From contig JAYWIR010000014.1 in NCBI GenBank assembly GCA_036172245.1, forward strand, positions 248,001-312,000: 64,000 bases of DNA, written 5' to 3'. This DNA comes from Raillietiella orientalis (Eukaryota). Shown in pieces: positions 38,431 to 52,700 of the stretch; position 1 is the first letter of the stretch, and every line of letters starts with the position of its first letter. The translations under genes and the position numbers were made by a program. The notes under the pieces are model-generated. The model was not told the DNA's origin, did no database searches, and saw only the letters and a program-made list of their open reading frames with translations.

Positions 38431-39147
38431 TTCGCCTTTGCTGCGAACCGTGTCCGCGGTTGTTAGCGAGGGTGCGTGATGAATTTTCAGTGCAAGTTCG
38501 TGCGCGTGCAGTTTTGGAATTCCATTCGAAGAGGAAATTCGATTAGTGGCTCTCCTCCTAGCGCAGTCCTTCCGCGAATTTTTCTCCATCTTCAACTATC
38601 GACAGAAGTGAGATTTTTCTCCCTTTCTCCTTTTGCAAATAGGAAGAAACGAGGCAAAAAAATTCGGTGTCCCACTGCATATTATCCGACTCCCGGTGGA
38701 AGCAAACAGGCTGTTCTCGTGGACCACATTTGAGAGCTTTGCAGGCAAAAATTCCTCAGCGAAGAAGCCCAGTAGATAAATTTCGATCAAAGATGCACAC
38801 TCTAAGAAATAATACCGTCTATGAAGGGACTGCTCTTCGACATGTCTGCTCTCTGCTGGTCGGTTCACAAAGTCTGGGTAGGAAACACGTGGGCTACTTC
38901 CCCCCATGCCAAAAAACCCTTCCCATATGATGAACCCTGGATTCCTGGGTTCTAAGAATTACAGGCGAGCAGCAACGTGAAGATGAGCTGTACCATTCGC
39001 GAGCTGCTTCTCTTGTGCGTCTCCGAACAGGTTTCCGTAAAACTGAGTGTCAAACTCAGCGTTGCTCACCAGCGTAGAATCGGCGACAACCCCCCCCTCT
39101 CCCTTCCCTTCTCTCTAATAAAATTCTTCACATCTAAGCTCCAATGA

Positions 39148-39365
39148 TTGCTAGAAATATTTATCAGGGACAGGATCTTTTCGATCCGCCAAGGCACTCT
39201 TTTGGGCGAAACATTCGAGACAGCCCAATGCTGTCCATTTGCTTTGCAACTTGTTTTATTGGAAACTTCGAGGACCAGAGGTGCGCTTTATGGTGCAGAC
39301 TCTTGGAACCTTGCAGGGCTTGAAAGATTTCGCCTTCGTCAACGAGATCACACTTTTTGCTCTTC
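39148..39365 (+). mobile_element. Decayed non-LTR RT fragment, subdomains 3-5
   Basis: IFIRDRIFSIRQGTLLGETFETAQCCP (cf. SFLTDRTFSVRVGSTLSE.F....GVPQG), then after a frameshift LCNLFY...FAFVNEITLFA (cf. LFNLY...FADDITLF). Confidence 0.45.
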
Positions 39366-41419
39366 TCTCCACTGAAGCAAACCACTCCGGAATGAACGAA
39401 AGTGTGTTCGTCATGACAATTCATCCCACACAGATGATCTGATAGTTCACAAAATCCACTGCATTTTGGAGGATGAGTCAGCCACAACATCGCAACCCAG
39501 CAGAACTTTTCTAGGGATTTTCATCTGTTCAAGAGGAAAGGAAGAGTTGGTACTCACGAATCCATGATAACAACACGCCAGCAGCAGAGAGCATCTTCCT
39601 GAAAGAGGCTGAAATTTCGTTACAATGACAATTTTTAAAAAAAATTCTTTTTGGCTATCAAAGGATGTGGAACAGCAGTGAGGAAAGGAAGCTCTGAAAG
39701 ACTCGAGAGGTCAGGATTTCTCGCGAATGGATGCGACTTTAGCGCCAAGTCAGAATCCGAAAGCTGCACTCGAAAGCCCCGGAGTTGTGGCGCTTATCTG
39801 CTTCTCCGTATCGAGGAAACTTTCTGTCCAAATTGTGCCCGGAACGAAATTCCTCTCGGTCTCAAGAATCCTCTGCCTATCTACAGTCTGTGTTGATGAG
39901 AGAGCACATTAGTAATTTTGGGAAAACGGAGGATTTCATTATCTCTGCACGGATTAAAAAGGCAACATTTATGGCCTGCGTTTCGCGAACAACCGGTTCC
40001 TCCTGTTATCGTCCCATGCGGTGGAAACTGCGACCGTGAATGATCGCCGCACTCGGATACGTTCCGTTCCGAGACGCGCTGTCATATTGGACTGCAGCAC
40101 AAAAAAAAAAAAAAAAACGGACTTTCGAAAGAGACTTCTTTCCCACAGATGGTTCGCAGTGAATTCTCCGTAAAGAATGAAATTGGAAATCTTTATTGAA
40201 AAGGCTCGGATTATGTAATGGAAACTCGTTTCCGCCGTTTCCTCGATCCATCCAGCTTCCACATCGTCATGGGCGACAGGCTGGTGCCAGGTAGGCGCTG
40301 AAGTTAGGAAATGCTTGTTGTGGGGGTGAAGGAGCTCCGTCAGGCAGATTCACCTCCTCCGTGATTCGAACTCTGTCGTTCGTGAGGCAACCGAGGGAGG
40401 GAGGTTCTGTCGTTAGACAAAGCCTGCTTGTTTAGACTTCTGTTCTGAGCGGAGTCGGATGCTGGTGACCTTCTGGAGATTCACCTGTGAAGATCTGTGC
40501 TCGGTTGTCGTGGGCGGTGCGTTCCAGCTGCCTTTATTGGACGACACCGTCATGCTGTTATAGAAAACGGCAAGTTTGGGATGGGACTCGCTCTCGCGTG
40601 TTCATTCACTGCCCTCGGCATTCTCTCCTGTGCAGTCGGCAACACGGCACAGTGCTTCACTGATTGAAGGCGACGATGGGAGCTAGCAAGCGGCTTCCTG
40701 CTCCAAGAAAACTCATCGCTGGATTGGAATTGCGTTTCCGTTTGCATCTGGCGCTGCGGAGAGGGAGAAGAATGGTTACCCTGGACGCTTTCTGTCTCTT
40801 CGAGAGCACCCCGGACGTGTTCAACAGTGCGAAGACGAAGTCCTCGCTGCTTTCCTGTCGACTGTGGATCTTCAGAAGACCATCAGAGCCTCATAGTTGG
40901 GAACTCTTGTCGAGAATGGAGTGATCTACGGCAAGTCCTGGGATCCCCCGAATGAAGAGGGAATTCTAGACATGAGAATCCTCGACAAAATGAGGCGCCT
41001 CGTGGCTTCCTCTAAGATTCGGTATGGCTGTTATACGCACTGGAGCCATAGACTGGGACATCCTCTCGATGAAGGAATCGTCGGGAATATCGATTTCCAA
41101 GAAGAACTGGTATCAACTGACCAATGATTTTTGGAAAGAATTCCACAACCTTATACGAGAAAGACAAGAAAGTGAAGATATTCAGGATGGTAGTAAAGAT
41201 AGTTGGTTGTAAAAGTGGTGGTATCTTCTATGCAACTCGCTTGCTCACTCAATAGGCGGGGTTGGTTCGCGTACGTCTTGGAATTGGCATCCCTTTCATA
41301 CAATCATCATTCTTGGCGTTCAGGGATCACAGTGAGCTGATGGTAATCACGCGAGCTGATGCGTGGATGTATCACTTTAGAAGGGGAAAACTTGTTCTCT
41401 GACCTTCTCGATGAGGAGG

Positions 41420-41530
41420 ATGAAAGCCAAGGCAAGAGCATTCACGACGAGATAACTACTGAAGGTTTTCACGAATTTGCAAAGCCTCTTGCAAAACGCC
41501 AAAGCAAATGTGGGGAGTTTACGCCGGAGA
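41420..41530 (+). mobile_element. Possible decayed LINE RT subdomain-0 fragment
   Basis: DEITTEGFHEFAKPLAKRQSKCGEFTPE (cf. PITEEEV..AIK.L..KSPGPDGFT.E). Confidence 0.25.
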
Positions 41531-43415
41531 AAGAGCGAAGAGCGTGAGCCTGGGCTGGCCAACGAGAATGAAGCAACTTGCAGCTCTTTCTAGCGCCTCT
41601 TGCTTCCACTGTGGTATGCTGAAGTACGATCGTTCTGTTTTCTGAGGTGACTTGAGGTTCCTGTCTACCTGGTTGGATTCCCCGTTTCTAGCTCTTTCTT
41701 CCATTCCCAGTGGAAGTTGTCTGTCTCTATTACCTCTTCGAAAAAGCTCGGAAGCCAGAACGCTTCCTTGATTGCATGGATTATTCGAACTTCTGCATGC
41801 TATTGCTTACTCCTTTCATCTTTTCAGTCGAACTCTCCCTGAAGAATCTTCTCCATGGCTGATCCATGTGCAACCAGCCGGATCCTCTCCGATTACTCAG
41901 ATTGTCCCCGTAATTTGTAAGCTATCTTGCGCGCAACTTCCACATCAATCTGTCTCGGAGTCTGACCGATCGACCTCGATCTGGAAATAGGCAGCTCCCT
42001 TTCACAGTTGCACACTTTGAAGAACCGGGGAGGAACTTATCGGAGTCTATCCTGGTCTGAATTTTACGTCGAGAATCTTCGTTCATGCAAAGACTAATCT
42101 ACCTACCTGCTTCTCTCATGCCAGAGTTTGGCATCGTTCGTCCTTGCTAATGTTCTGCTTCAGTTTGCTGAAAGAAAATTAGAAATTTCTCTAATCCGGA
42201 ACAGCCCACGGTGAAACTTTAAAGACTTCCGCAGGAATGTGTCACATGCATAAATTCTTATCGTCACTCGGCTGTCTCCAGGGATTCTTTGGAGCCCTTT
42301 ATCTTCATTAACGCATGAGTTGCAGAATGCGGCTGGTGACGAGTTCGTGCATTCCTTCCCCCCAGATTTTCACCAGATTTTCCAGCATTGTGCGAGGTTG
42401 AGCTCGCTAGAGGGCAGCACGGCGTTGCAGGTATCGTGGTACCCTTTGCAGGCACACGTCCCCAGGCCGTTGTGAAATTCGCGAGGTTCCTCGAATCTCC
42501 TGGCGAAAAGAAGAAAGAAGCGCTCGCATCTGAAAGGCGCTGCTCCGAGATCCCACCAAAATCTGGCTTCCATGCCGACTCTGAAGATACTTCATCTTTT
42601 TCCCCCCTCCTTCTTCGACGCAAGTCTCTGTGTGGTCAGGCTGTGAGACCACAAAATCGGACTTTCAGGCAGGATGCCTGGAGAATCGGTCGGAGCTTCA
42701 ATCATTATGAGGACATCGTCTTCGATAGAAGGAAGTGTGTCTTATGAAAGCTCTTCTCCTCGAATCGTTCCTTAGCTAATTACAATTCACTACGATAAAA
42801 AAAAAAGGTTTTTTACATTCCTACAGAGTAATAAACAGACTTAATAGGCAGACATCTAAGGTGAGCATGATATGTGTGACGTTTACTTTCGAAGGAGATC
42901 TTGACGGGAGCGTGGATCCCGACGATGACGGCAATGAAAGCAACCTGATCCACACGAGTCTCTCCGCGTCAGCTCTTTGAAGGAATTTGCAGCAGCCCTA
43001 CGCGAGAACTGGAACGGAGCAGTTGACGTTCAAGTAAAAAAGGAAAGTAAAGCAAGCGAGGACGAGCGCGCGATTCGAATTCAGAACTCGACCTTCCAAG
43101 CCGTACAACTAACAATAAAATAAAAGAAATATCCGAATAGAATCTAATAGAAAAAATCGAACTCCGTCGAAAGAGAAAGCCATCTTTTCGTGGGCACCTC
43201 AGGATTTTGCGAGTCGACGGTGGAAGCGGATGTGCGAGTATTCGACTTCCGCCATAAGTGCTCCTGAAAAATTCCGTTTCCTTTTCAATCCTGGATAGTA
43301 TAAAGGGATGGATGGTCCGAGTGACTAGTATCACTGCAATCAATGACACAATAATGAAGAGGAAGAATGGAAGGAAGAAATAAAATGGAGCAAATGTACA
43401 CACCTTAGACCTGAA

Positions 43416-43600
43416 ATGAGAGATGAAATGATGCCAAAATTAGATCAGACGAAGTATTTGGCCATCTGCCTTCATGACGCGTCATTTATATCATTCATTA
43501 AAAAAAAAATATGCATCTTCGTTCTTTCACTTGAGATTTCAGAAAAGTTGCCAAGGCGATCTCCATTCACGGAACAGGTGCCCACCAAGGCTTTCGTACG
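43416..43600 (+). mobile_element. Decayed non-LTR RT fragment, subdomain 7
   Basis: MPKLDQTKYLAICLHDASFISFIKK (cf. IPQVESTKYLGIHLD..LSW..HI), later TKAFVR (cf. YKAFVRP). Confidence 0.4.
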
Positions 43601-44299
43601 GGATATGCCATGTGTTTCCTCCTTGCAGATCATTTTAAGAAACCTCAACTCAATGATTATTCTTTCTGGGAAGGTTCCGCTCGTGTCTTTCAAAGCTGAC
43701 GGGCAGAATCAGCTGGAATCCTCAACTGATTCCTCCGTGTTTGGTTTGCAATCCTTTTTTCCCAAAGAGTTGTTTGTTTGTTTGTTTTCGAACAAAGTTG
43801 ATACAAAGGCATCAGCAGAATTCAGCGTGAAGCTAATCTTCATGACAATCTTCTCGGAATTAGACACTCACTAATAAAATTGGATCCTACGCATCGTAAA
43901 TTATCAAATAATTATCTAATAGAAACTTTCGCTGGACAGTTATTTGACTCTTGTCACTTTAAAAGGCCGAACTCAAAAAATGCCCATTCCAAGGACTGGT
44001 TTCATCAATCCATTCCCTTTAACAATTAATGTCTGATCTCTCTTGCAAGAACAAAGAGACAGGAAAGAGTTTTCCTATGATGCTGTTGCGTCGAATTTTG
44101 TACATGCTTAGAACTCACAGTGTTTTAAAGGTGCATTTCCAGAGGGGCCATTCTTTCTCGTACTGTTCAACGTTTCGACACCCAATGGATCGAATGAAAA
44201 AATCTCATCTCAAGTGATTCAGAATCTAGATGCTCATGTTGAAGACTCACACGATCTGAATCACACAAAATGGAAGGCAAATCCAAGTGGTTGAAAAGT

Positions 44300-44445
44300 T
44301 CTGAGAATGCTATCAACTTAGAAACCTGTAGATCCAAAGGTATAGTTGCATTGCTGTTGTAGCAGGGATACCAAAGAATTCTGGCGCCGCTGTTTTAGAA
44401 CCGTCCTCCTGATTTCCTATGCCTTCCAGACGCTTAAGGAGATCA
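44300..44445 (-). mobile_element. Possible decayed non-LTR RT fragment
   Basis: LLKRLEGIG...LYLWIYRFLS**HSQ (cf. LL.KL..GI.G.L..WI.SFLSNRSQ). Confidence 0.3.
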
Positions 44446-44599
44446 GGAGCAGAGTTTCTGCAACGATCCTGGGCATAGTAATTTTTGCTTCTGCTTGGCT
44501 GCATTGATTGAGTTTAAAGCTCTGAGTTGATTTAGTCACGATGGCTCTATGACCGTCCTATCTAATTGTTCCATCCTGAGATTGCCTTGCTCCATCTCC

Positions 44600-44760
44600 A
44601 GGACCAGCAAATTGCTTCAAAGAGCTTGCCGAACTTGGATCTTGTTCTTCCTGAGACAGACTTCCGGTTGTTTAAGCTACGATTTTCACCTGTTCCCATT
44701 TGGATGCCTCCCATTTCTCACACGTTTACACATACTAAAGGAAGGCTTGCCATCTGTATC
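44600..44760 (+). mobile_element. Possible decayed CR1-like ORF2 C-terminal fragment
   Basis: KLLQRACRTWI...LPFLTRLHIL..GLPSV (cf. LERVQRRAT.MI..LSYEERLK.LGLPSL). Confidence 0.3.
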
Positions 44761-47700
44761 ACTCTTTCCAGAGTTGCAACGGCACTCCCATTGTGATAGC
44801 CAGGTGCTTCTAAATACGGAATCGGAAGCATTTTTGGTGACTCGTGTACAAATTTGTGAATCAACAAGGAAAACAAGGAACTCGCAATAAGAGCCGGTCA
44901 GTTATCGTTTACATGCATATTCCTTTTCTACTAAGGTGCTCCCTAAATTATGAAATCCTTGCATTTCCTCGCCACCGTTGTGTATGGTAGCAAGCTGTCT
45001 CCAGCATCCGTGGATTTTACTCGTTGAGCATGAATCCTCAGTCTTCCGAGATCATTATATAGTGTGAACCGAATATGGAAGTCAAAACCGCTCCAGCCCT
45101 CTCTTCAGGAAATGATAAACCCGTGGACTTCTGATACAAGGTTATGACAACACACCCGGAACCAAAAAGTTGTCCATGGAAGCCAATGGATTAACGGATC
45201 AAAGGCTTTCGTCTGCAACATGATGTCATCATGTTCCATTGCAGATTGAGTGAAGAGGAAATGTGGAAGAGGCAGGTAATTGTCCAGTTCCCGTGCGTCC
45301 TCTATTTTTGGCTATGATATTTGGCCATCTCAAATCCAAGCTTCTTTACAGTTGTTGACAATCATAAGAACGAGATAAAAGGATTTCCTGTCGAGTGACT
45401 AAGTGGAAATCGATTTGTCCTTTTTTTTCTGATTATTGCAGGTGCGGTATATGTCTTAAGGAAAGCAGCACAGGATACGGACGAGAATCTAGCTAACCAA
45501 TTTTTCATCCTTGAATCCATATATTGTCGACAATGAGTCTGCTTGCAATCTTGATTTTGTCATTTTCTGTTTGAAGTGGTTCTCCTATAGGGGTGCCGTA
45601 GGTGAAAACGTCTGTTGTTTGATGAGAGAAGCACTTTTGACATTGTTTCTGACTATGTTTTCTTCCATTCCCGGCATCATTTTTACAAGAATGTTTTGCT
45701 ACTTTGAAGAGTGTCAAGAAATTCCCTTATGTTTTGTCCGATAAAAATGTAGCTGAACGATGTATCCTCAGTTCTCAGTACTCTCAAAGGCTCGAGTGTA
45801 GAGGGGTTTTCTGGAAACGCCATATGTGTGCAGGATCAGAGAAAATTCATGCAAGCAGCTGTCAGCATCCCACTGGTGCACACACCTCTTTCGCACAATG
45901 TTGCCAAGGTTCACTATCGGTCTGCTTACTCACGGAAGAAAGCCACAGTAAGAATGTTGAGAAAAACCGAGTTCACATACTGCATCATGAATACGGAGCA
46001 GTGTCGTCGCTTTATGCAGTTCATTGCTGGGGTATTCTCATGGTCTCGATGAACGTCTCTGATTCTGTTAGTAGTTCTCACACATCTTGAACTGTTTTCT
46101 CTGTTTCAAGTTGAAATGAGTTTCCAGAAGTTCTGCTTTGCGAACAAAGATTGGAATTTCGCTTAGAATTAGAATTTTTACAAAATGGAGTTAGTGGATT
46201 ATCCCAAGTAGGCAGGCCATGCTTGCAAGGGAGAGCGATACCATATCACAGTGGTCGCGGGAGAACAGAAAGATTCTCGAACGAGTTGATCGTAAGGAAA
46301 AAAATGTTTTATTGGGTCACATGCAACCCTCGATTTGGGGATTACTATATGGCTAAACACTGATGAGAAATAGGTGATTGCACCTTTTGGTCCTTTGGTG
46401 TCAGAACAGGGAGGAGAACAATCTACCTCAAATCGATCATTGATTCGATGACTGCACTCTCTGGAACGAATTTTGCAGAGCCGTTTTGCCTTTTTGATTC
46501 TTGTTGTGAACACCATGCTCGCGCTAGCCCCCACAGACTGGATCCGTTTTAAGTCGATGCTTTGAGTTTTTTATCCCAGATCTTCGAAACTCCGAGGCAA
46601 TAGCTCGCACATCTCTGCTCTGCATAATGGGATTTCATCCAGCTTTCCTGGTAGCGGGAAAGAAATGAATTTCCTCAGGTTCCAAGTGAATCGCAAGTTT
46701 TGCGATACGTTCATAAGCAGATCCGTATTTCTCAATTCTTTAATGATTTTTAAGTTTTGGAAATAATTTATGAAGCGGCACATGACAAGAAGGAACAGTC
46801 TACGGCAGGGAAGCCAATCCATTCGTTCCAAATTTCTTCGGAAATCCTTTTCGATAATCCACTGTTGGGATTTCATAGCAGAGACTTGTTTATCACATTC
46901 CGTTGGAAGAAATAAGTCTTTGCCTAACCTGATTTATTGTTACAAGCGTGAAAATCATACTGAACCTGTCTTGGAAATCAAGAGCAATTTCCGAGATGAT
47001 TCATTTGTCCATTGTTCCTTGTGGAAGGATGGAACCTGTAGTAAGACTTTGTCGGGACTTATTTATATATGTGAAGAAGTTGCAATCCATGAAGCGCATT
47101 GGGGAAACGAAAAAAGGTGGTGTCCATGGAAAACATGAAACACTTCAGAGAGTTTCTAAGGTTTCTAAGATGGTGAATTCCAGGAACATAGTGGCATTTT
47201 ATACAATCAAATTCCTCTGCTTATGCATGTTCAGCTTTCGGTGACATATTTCTTTACCATGTAACTCGGCGGTGTCACACATAATTATATAGCATGTATG
47301 TAATAATGCAAATAGACCATCATCTGCAAGTTATATGAGACAATGTTCCCCATGAACAAGAGGATGCAATGACAAGCCTACTGATTCACATTTCAGCTTT
47401 CTTCAAGTCACGTTTTTTCATCCAAAATGAAAATTTTGCTCAGATGCCCATTTACTTCAAGCGATGAATAGACTATCACATATGATTTGGAAATCATAGT
47501 TTATATTTATCAGCTACTACTTCTCTAATAATCGCGGAACAAAAATTGCATGAAATTCCGTAACATACAGTTGTATGAAATTCATCTGATTTTCCATATT
47601 TATTCATTTCATAACTTCATATTTCAACTAATTACTGAAGGCTGATGGACTAACTATGAAGATACAGACCGCAGAAGATATGAACAGCCCATTGACGCCA

Positions 47701-49637
47701 TTCTTCAGGAACCTCGCATTTCTGAAGGAAGTGGAGTAACCAGAAACGACGCATTCAGTCCTGTGCCTCTGGAAGCAGCAACAGAAAAGCAAATTCGAAA
47801 GCAAAATCGAGAAATCCTTTTGAAATCTTTTAACTATCTCTCTGACTTTAAAGCTGAATCATTATCTACTGTAGAGGTTTAGAAGCACAACGTTGCCGAC
47901 CCGGAGCATCGTATTCTTACCTGACACACCCCACGAATAGCACAGAAAGCGACGCAGTTCGGGAGAATCTGTAAGATGCAGCTTGAAGTCTGCTATCTAT
48001 TATGGGTTCCTGACCCCTCTTGCCGTTCAATTCTCAGCTTGAGACGGTGAACTTCAACTCGGTTTGACAAATGTTTCGCTTTCTATTTGATTCATTGCTG
48101 TGCTAGCATTTTGCAAAGCATTTGCTATTCTATTTATACTGTTCATTATTCCATTCATCAATTGCTTCTCATTATTGACTTCATCTTAAGCTTAGCAGAA
48201 TGTGACTGCGAATTTCATTCGTGCTTTCAGGCGACGTTTAACTCTTCTTTCATCTCACAAGATATTAAGAGCATGAGTAACTGCAAGAGATGTCACGTTC
48301 CTTGCTCTATGTGAAATGTTTGCTTCATAATATATCATTGCATTTAAAGGATTTCTTTGATGTCAGGCGAAGGAGAACATATGGAAACATTCTTTCCATT
48401 CTGAATTAGAAATAAAGGGCTAAACGCTAAACGGTCTTCGGTGTCATGAATGACTTCATAACACCGAAAACACTATTTCTGTTCTTCGTTACTCTGCAAA
48501 TTATTCAAAAATAAAATAGCTTTTTTGTATTTCTTGAACACAGAGATCCTTCATAATTCATTAGTATTGGTGGCTACTTACGGTAAATGATCTGATTTTA
48601 GCGTCAGTTACTGTGCTTCATCTTTATCTTTTGTGTACAAGTCACTGATTTAAAAAAGAAACCACGTTTTTTGCTGTCCTTTTTGGGAAAAAAAAGGAGC
48701 AGTCAAGAGAGTCCCACTAAAAGAAAAAAGCTTTGGTATTGAAACTCCTGAACATTGTGGAGGATTTTAGTATCCGTAAAGCAAACCAGAGAAAAATGCA
48801 AGCAAATGAGAGATTGTTTGAAATTTAGAGAAACTTCAGCTGAAGAAGGTGTTCGAAAACCTCCATGATTTGAGGTATTGTAGGGATTTGCAAAAACAGA
48901 TACACACAGATAATCTTGGTTAGCTTACTAGAAAAGGCAACATTCAATGAAGATTGCTATGCAGTTCCATTTCTATGATCAATGGGGGGTGAAATGAAGT
49001 GATAAAACAATCGGGGCTCACAAAATCCGGATCTAAAAAAGTACAAATCCGGAATCTGAAGTCTAAGATTCTACTTCTAGCTGTTAGAGTGAAGCTTCAA
49101 GATAAGCTTTTTCTGATTTCGGACACTCAAACTAAAGCCGGAGACGAATCACAGCAGTCCCTTGTGAAGCTTCGCTGCTTCACAAGGCAGTTTTTAGGAT
49201 TCTGTATTCAGAAACTTGAAAGCAGGACTTTGGAGCATTGCTGGAAAACAGACATCGAGGTGGAAAATATCTTCAGGTGTTTTAATCCGAAGCAGCGCTC
49301 CAGTATTGAAATTCTCGAATCGCCTGTCTTGAGTGAGAGATATTCCGGTTGCGATCGAGTATTTTGGAAGTGGGGACGACAGACTGTCAATGAAAAAATG
49401 CTCCAATCACTTAAGCGCTCAATGAGAACTGCTTAAGTGATTGAACATATTTTTAGAACTGAAGATGAAGTTTGCAATCTAATACACAGCTCACGAATAC
49501 ATCAGTGCTGCTGCTGCTGCTTTTGACTACATTCATTGGCCACTAGTTTTTCAATCACTCCGTCTTTATGACGGTTTTGTCGTTCTCCAACGTTCCATTT
49601 GTACATTCTGAAGCCGAGTAAGAGGGTCAAAGGGTTG

Positions 49638-49719
49638 CTCTTATGCTACGGCTTTTGAGAGTATTTTATTCTTGACGCCTCCCAAGAATAAAGTACTGTT
49701 AAAAGCCGTAGCTTAAGAG
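49638..49719. repeat. Long inverted repeat: 37-bp arms, 8-nt loop
   Basis: Left arm CTCTTATGCTACGGCTTTTGAGAGTATTTTATTCTTG; right arm reverse complement CTCTTAAGCTACGGCTTTTAACAGTACTTTATTCTTG; 33/37 identical. Confidence 0.95.
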
Positions 49720-52700
49720 GAAGGTCAAGTTATCAATTGCATTGCTCAATAGTCTTCATGACAGAATTTTTGTTCATAACAAGGCATACGGAACTAACAG
49801 CTGTACTGTGATTCAGAGGAATATTCTGCATCTGTGACGGTCCATTCTAAGAGAGCACTGTTTTTAATCTGATTGTTAGCGATGATTAACTTGAATCGAA
49901 GGATCGGTCGGAGATGTAACGAATGGCCAACTCGTATCTGCTGTTTTCGAGATTACCATTCATCATTTTCCGCATTCTCTAGGAAGCGATTCCAAAATGT
50001 CTCAGATTGGTCTCTCAAGGGTTCAAAAAAAAATATGTACACATTTTCTCTTGAGCAAGGGATCTTTTATATTTTGTCCCCCATGTGTTTGTGTTCACAG
50101 TGCTTTCCACATGTTCCTCAGATTTCTTAGTTCCAATTTAGCCAATAGGAGCTGATTTCCTATCCGTATAGTAAATTTCTCCTCCTCTTCTCTTAAACTG
50201 ACAATAATATGACACATGGCATCATTCATCACTATTTCCCGAATAAGAGAATTACAAACAAATCGTTCTCACCAAGTGCAACTGATAAAAGTGATTTGTG
50301 CCTTCAATACCGAGCAATGGTCTGTGTTGTATTTTCATTTGATCGCAGCGTAAATCGACTGGAGGCACGAAAAGAAGGGAACGAGAGGCTACGTGAAAAT
50401 CACGACTGTTTCTTTGGAGAATGAATTTGCCTGTAGGGAGTTCAACGGCGACTCCGAGAAGCTGGTTTTCGGAAAAGTGCTCACCCTGTCGGGTGTGACG
50501 ATAAAGCTTTCCACAATACTCTGAAAGTACTTCTGTTCATTCTGGAGTGTTGTAAGCGCACTCCCGTTATCAATGGCCAGTATATTCTCTGGAAGAATGC
50601 GATTCTTTTTCAGCCCGGAAACCATTTCCTGTTTCATAATCCACGGAACTAGGCTGCATAGAAACAGTTTCAGCTACTGTTTCATCTCCGGGAACAAGTG
50701 TGGGGGGTCGCAGTAATTCCTCAGCGTTGGATCACCTTCGCACCACCAGGAAGTGTTTCTGAATATGGAGACATGCAAGAATGAGCAGGAAGACATCTGG
50801 AAGCTTTGGCATCTTCAAGGATCCTTACAGTGGTGAGAGCGCTTTATCGGTTTGACAATTCGGACCTCGCTGTCAGCCGCATTTAGAACTTCAAGAATCC
50901 ATCCCAAGTTCAATAACGCTTATGAGCATCAATGGGAACACCTGATGGAACTTGAATCGAGGACATGCCGTTTCTGGATCATTATCATCACCGATTCTTC
51001 AAGTTTGGCTCCTTTTCTTTGGTTCGAGGACGGATTCCAGGGCCAATCAGCCCATGAGAACAGATTTGCACGTTCTCTTGGAGTTCATGTTCCTCAGTTT
51101 CCATTGATGATCGAAGCCCTAATGCATCCAAGTCCGGTGCTGCCGTCTAGAGCAGAAACCAAGTGCTTTCCGAATTCTGTACACTCATCTCCTTTCGAGT
51201 GCCTCCATTGGTGGAAGTCATCTGATTTTGTGATGATCACAGTTAAAGTTGAAGCGGCTTTGAAGGAAATCTCAGGGTCTGGGTCCAACTCTCCCCGCAA
51301 AAAACAACGAATCCTCCATCGCCTGCGGAAACTCCTCTGGAGGGGATATCGTCTCAACGGAATTGACGCACTGGGAATCACGAGGAGACAACTGGGAGAC
51401 TATAATAAAGTTCGCTATGGGTCATCCAAGGACTGAATGTTGAGATCTGCTCCCCCGCCATTCACTCGACTGGAATTACCGGACGTTGCCTTTTTTTTCG
51501 GCGTAGAGCTCCCTCGACTGAACCCTCTCTCCCTCCAAACTTTCACGTGAGGAGACCTCTGATAAAAAAGAAAAGGAATGAGATTGCCTGGCGACAGCAA
51601 ATGGAAATGACGTGCACTGAGATGCATCGCTGGGAGTCCGAAATCCACCCAGATGTCCCGAACGAAGAAAAATTCTTCGAGATTCGGGCAACGGGAGAAA
51701 CTGCTCCGTGATGCAGGTTGCCATTGGAGAAGCCGCATGTTGGCATCCAGGGCCGAATGATTGCAAAGGCGGATGGAAGACAAGAAAGCCTGGGGGTCGA
51801 GTGAATCGCAGCCCACAAACATATGAAGGAAAAGCAAAGACCAAAAAAAAAAAGCCAAAAATAAGGAACACGTAAATAACAGAATGTCCCGAATGTTCCC
51901 AATCTTAGCACACGAATCGTTCTGTGCACTCCAGAGCTTAGGGCTCGGAATAATTCCGGGTGGGTTCGAATTAGGGAGAAGACATCCAGCGACCGAGTCC
52001 TTCGCACGTGCCCAGAGCCGGAGAGAAGTCTCTGGATCGAGCACGCGGTTCGGGTTGAGCTTTCGGAAATGCCGAGAAAGAGCACCCCTTGAGCCTCGCC
52101 ACTGTGGTGAATGAACACGGAGCCTCCCCTCTTCCTACCACCTCTCCGTGCACTCTCTTGCCGACAGACCGAAGAAATGGCGCATTTCCTTCAAGATGGT
52201 GGATGCACCGTGTCGACTGCTGAGGTCGTAACTTGACGTTTCCCTGAAGCACGGTTTCCTGGAAGACGAAGAACGTGACTGCGCTTCATGAAGGATAAGA
52301 GAGGCGGGGGTGGGGTCGGGGCAGGGGGCGAACGATTCCTAAGGAATTGTATCCGTGAGACCTGGGTGACCGTTCCTCTGGCAGCGGCATGCATCCTCTC
52401 CAGACAATTCCCTACCCACGTCACCTCGGCTGCTACCTGCATGTTTCTACAACGAAGTCTTCCCTCTCCCTCGTCTCTCACCTGCGTCAAATCCTCGCCT
52501 TGTCTCGCCCTCCAGGCCCCGTTGTCCACAGAGCGGTTACGAAAATTTCCCTCGGTGAGGTCCACGCATCCAATAATTTATTTCCTCCCGGCGCGACTGG
52601 TCCTTCGCGTAAGTAAACTTTAGCTCATTACTCGTCAGGATGAGTGATTCTCGCCATTAGGTTATTGGAGAGCTGCGCCGAGGAAACAATGATCCCCCCT

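Noticed and set aside
40897..41127. Copia-like WxxRLGHP motif
   Set aside because: No downstream CxxC or integrase core, and no LTRs.
50389..50637. DDE transposase/integrase-like motif (LPENILAIDNGSAL)
   Set aside because: Single motif with no supporting neighbours.
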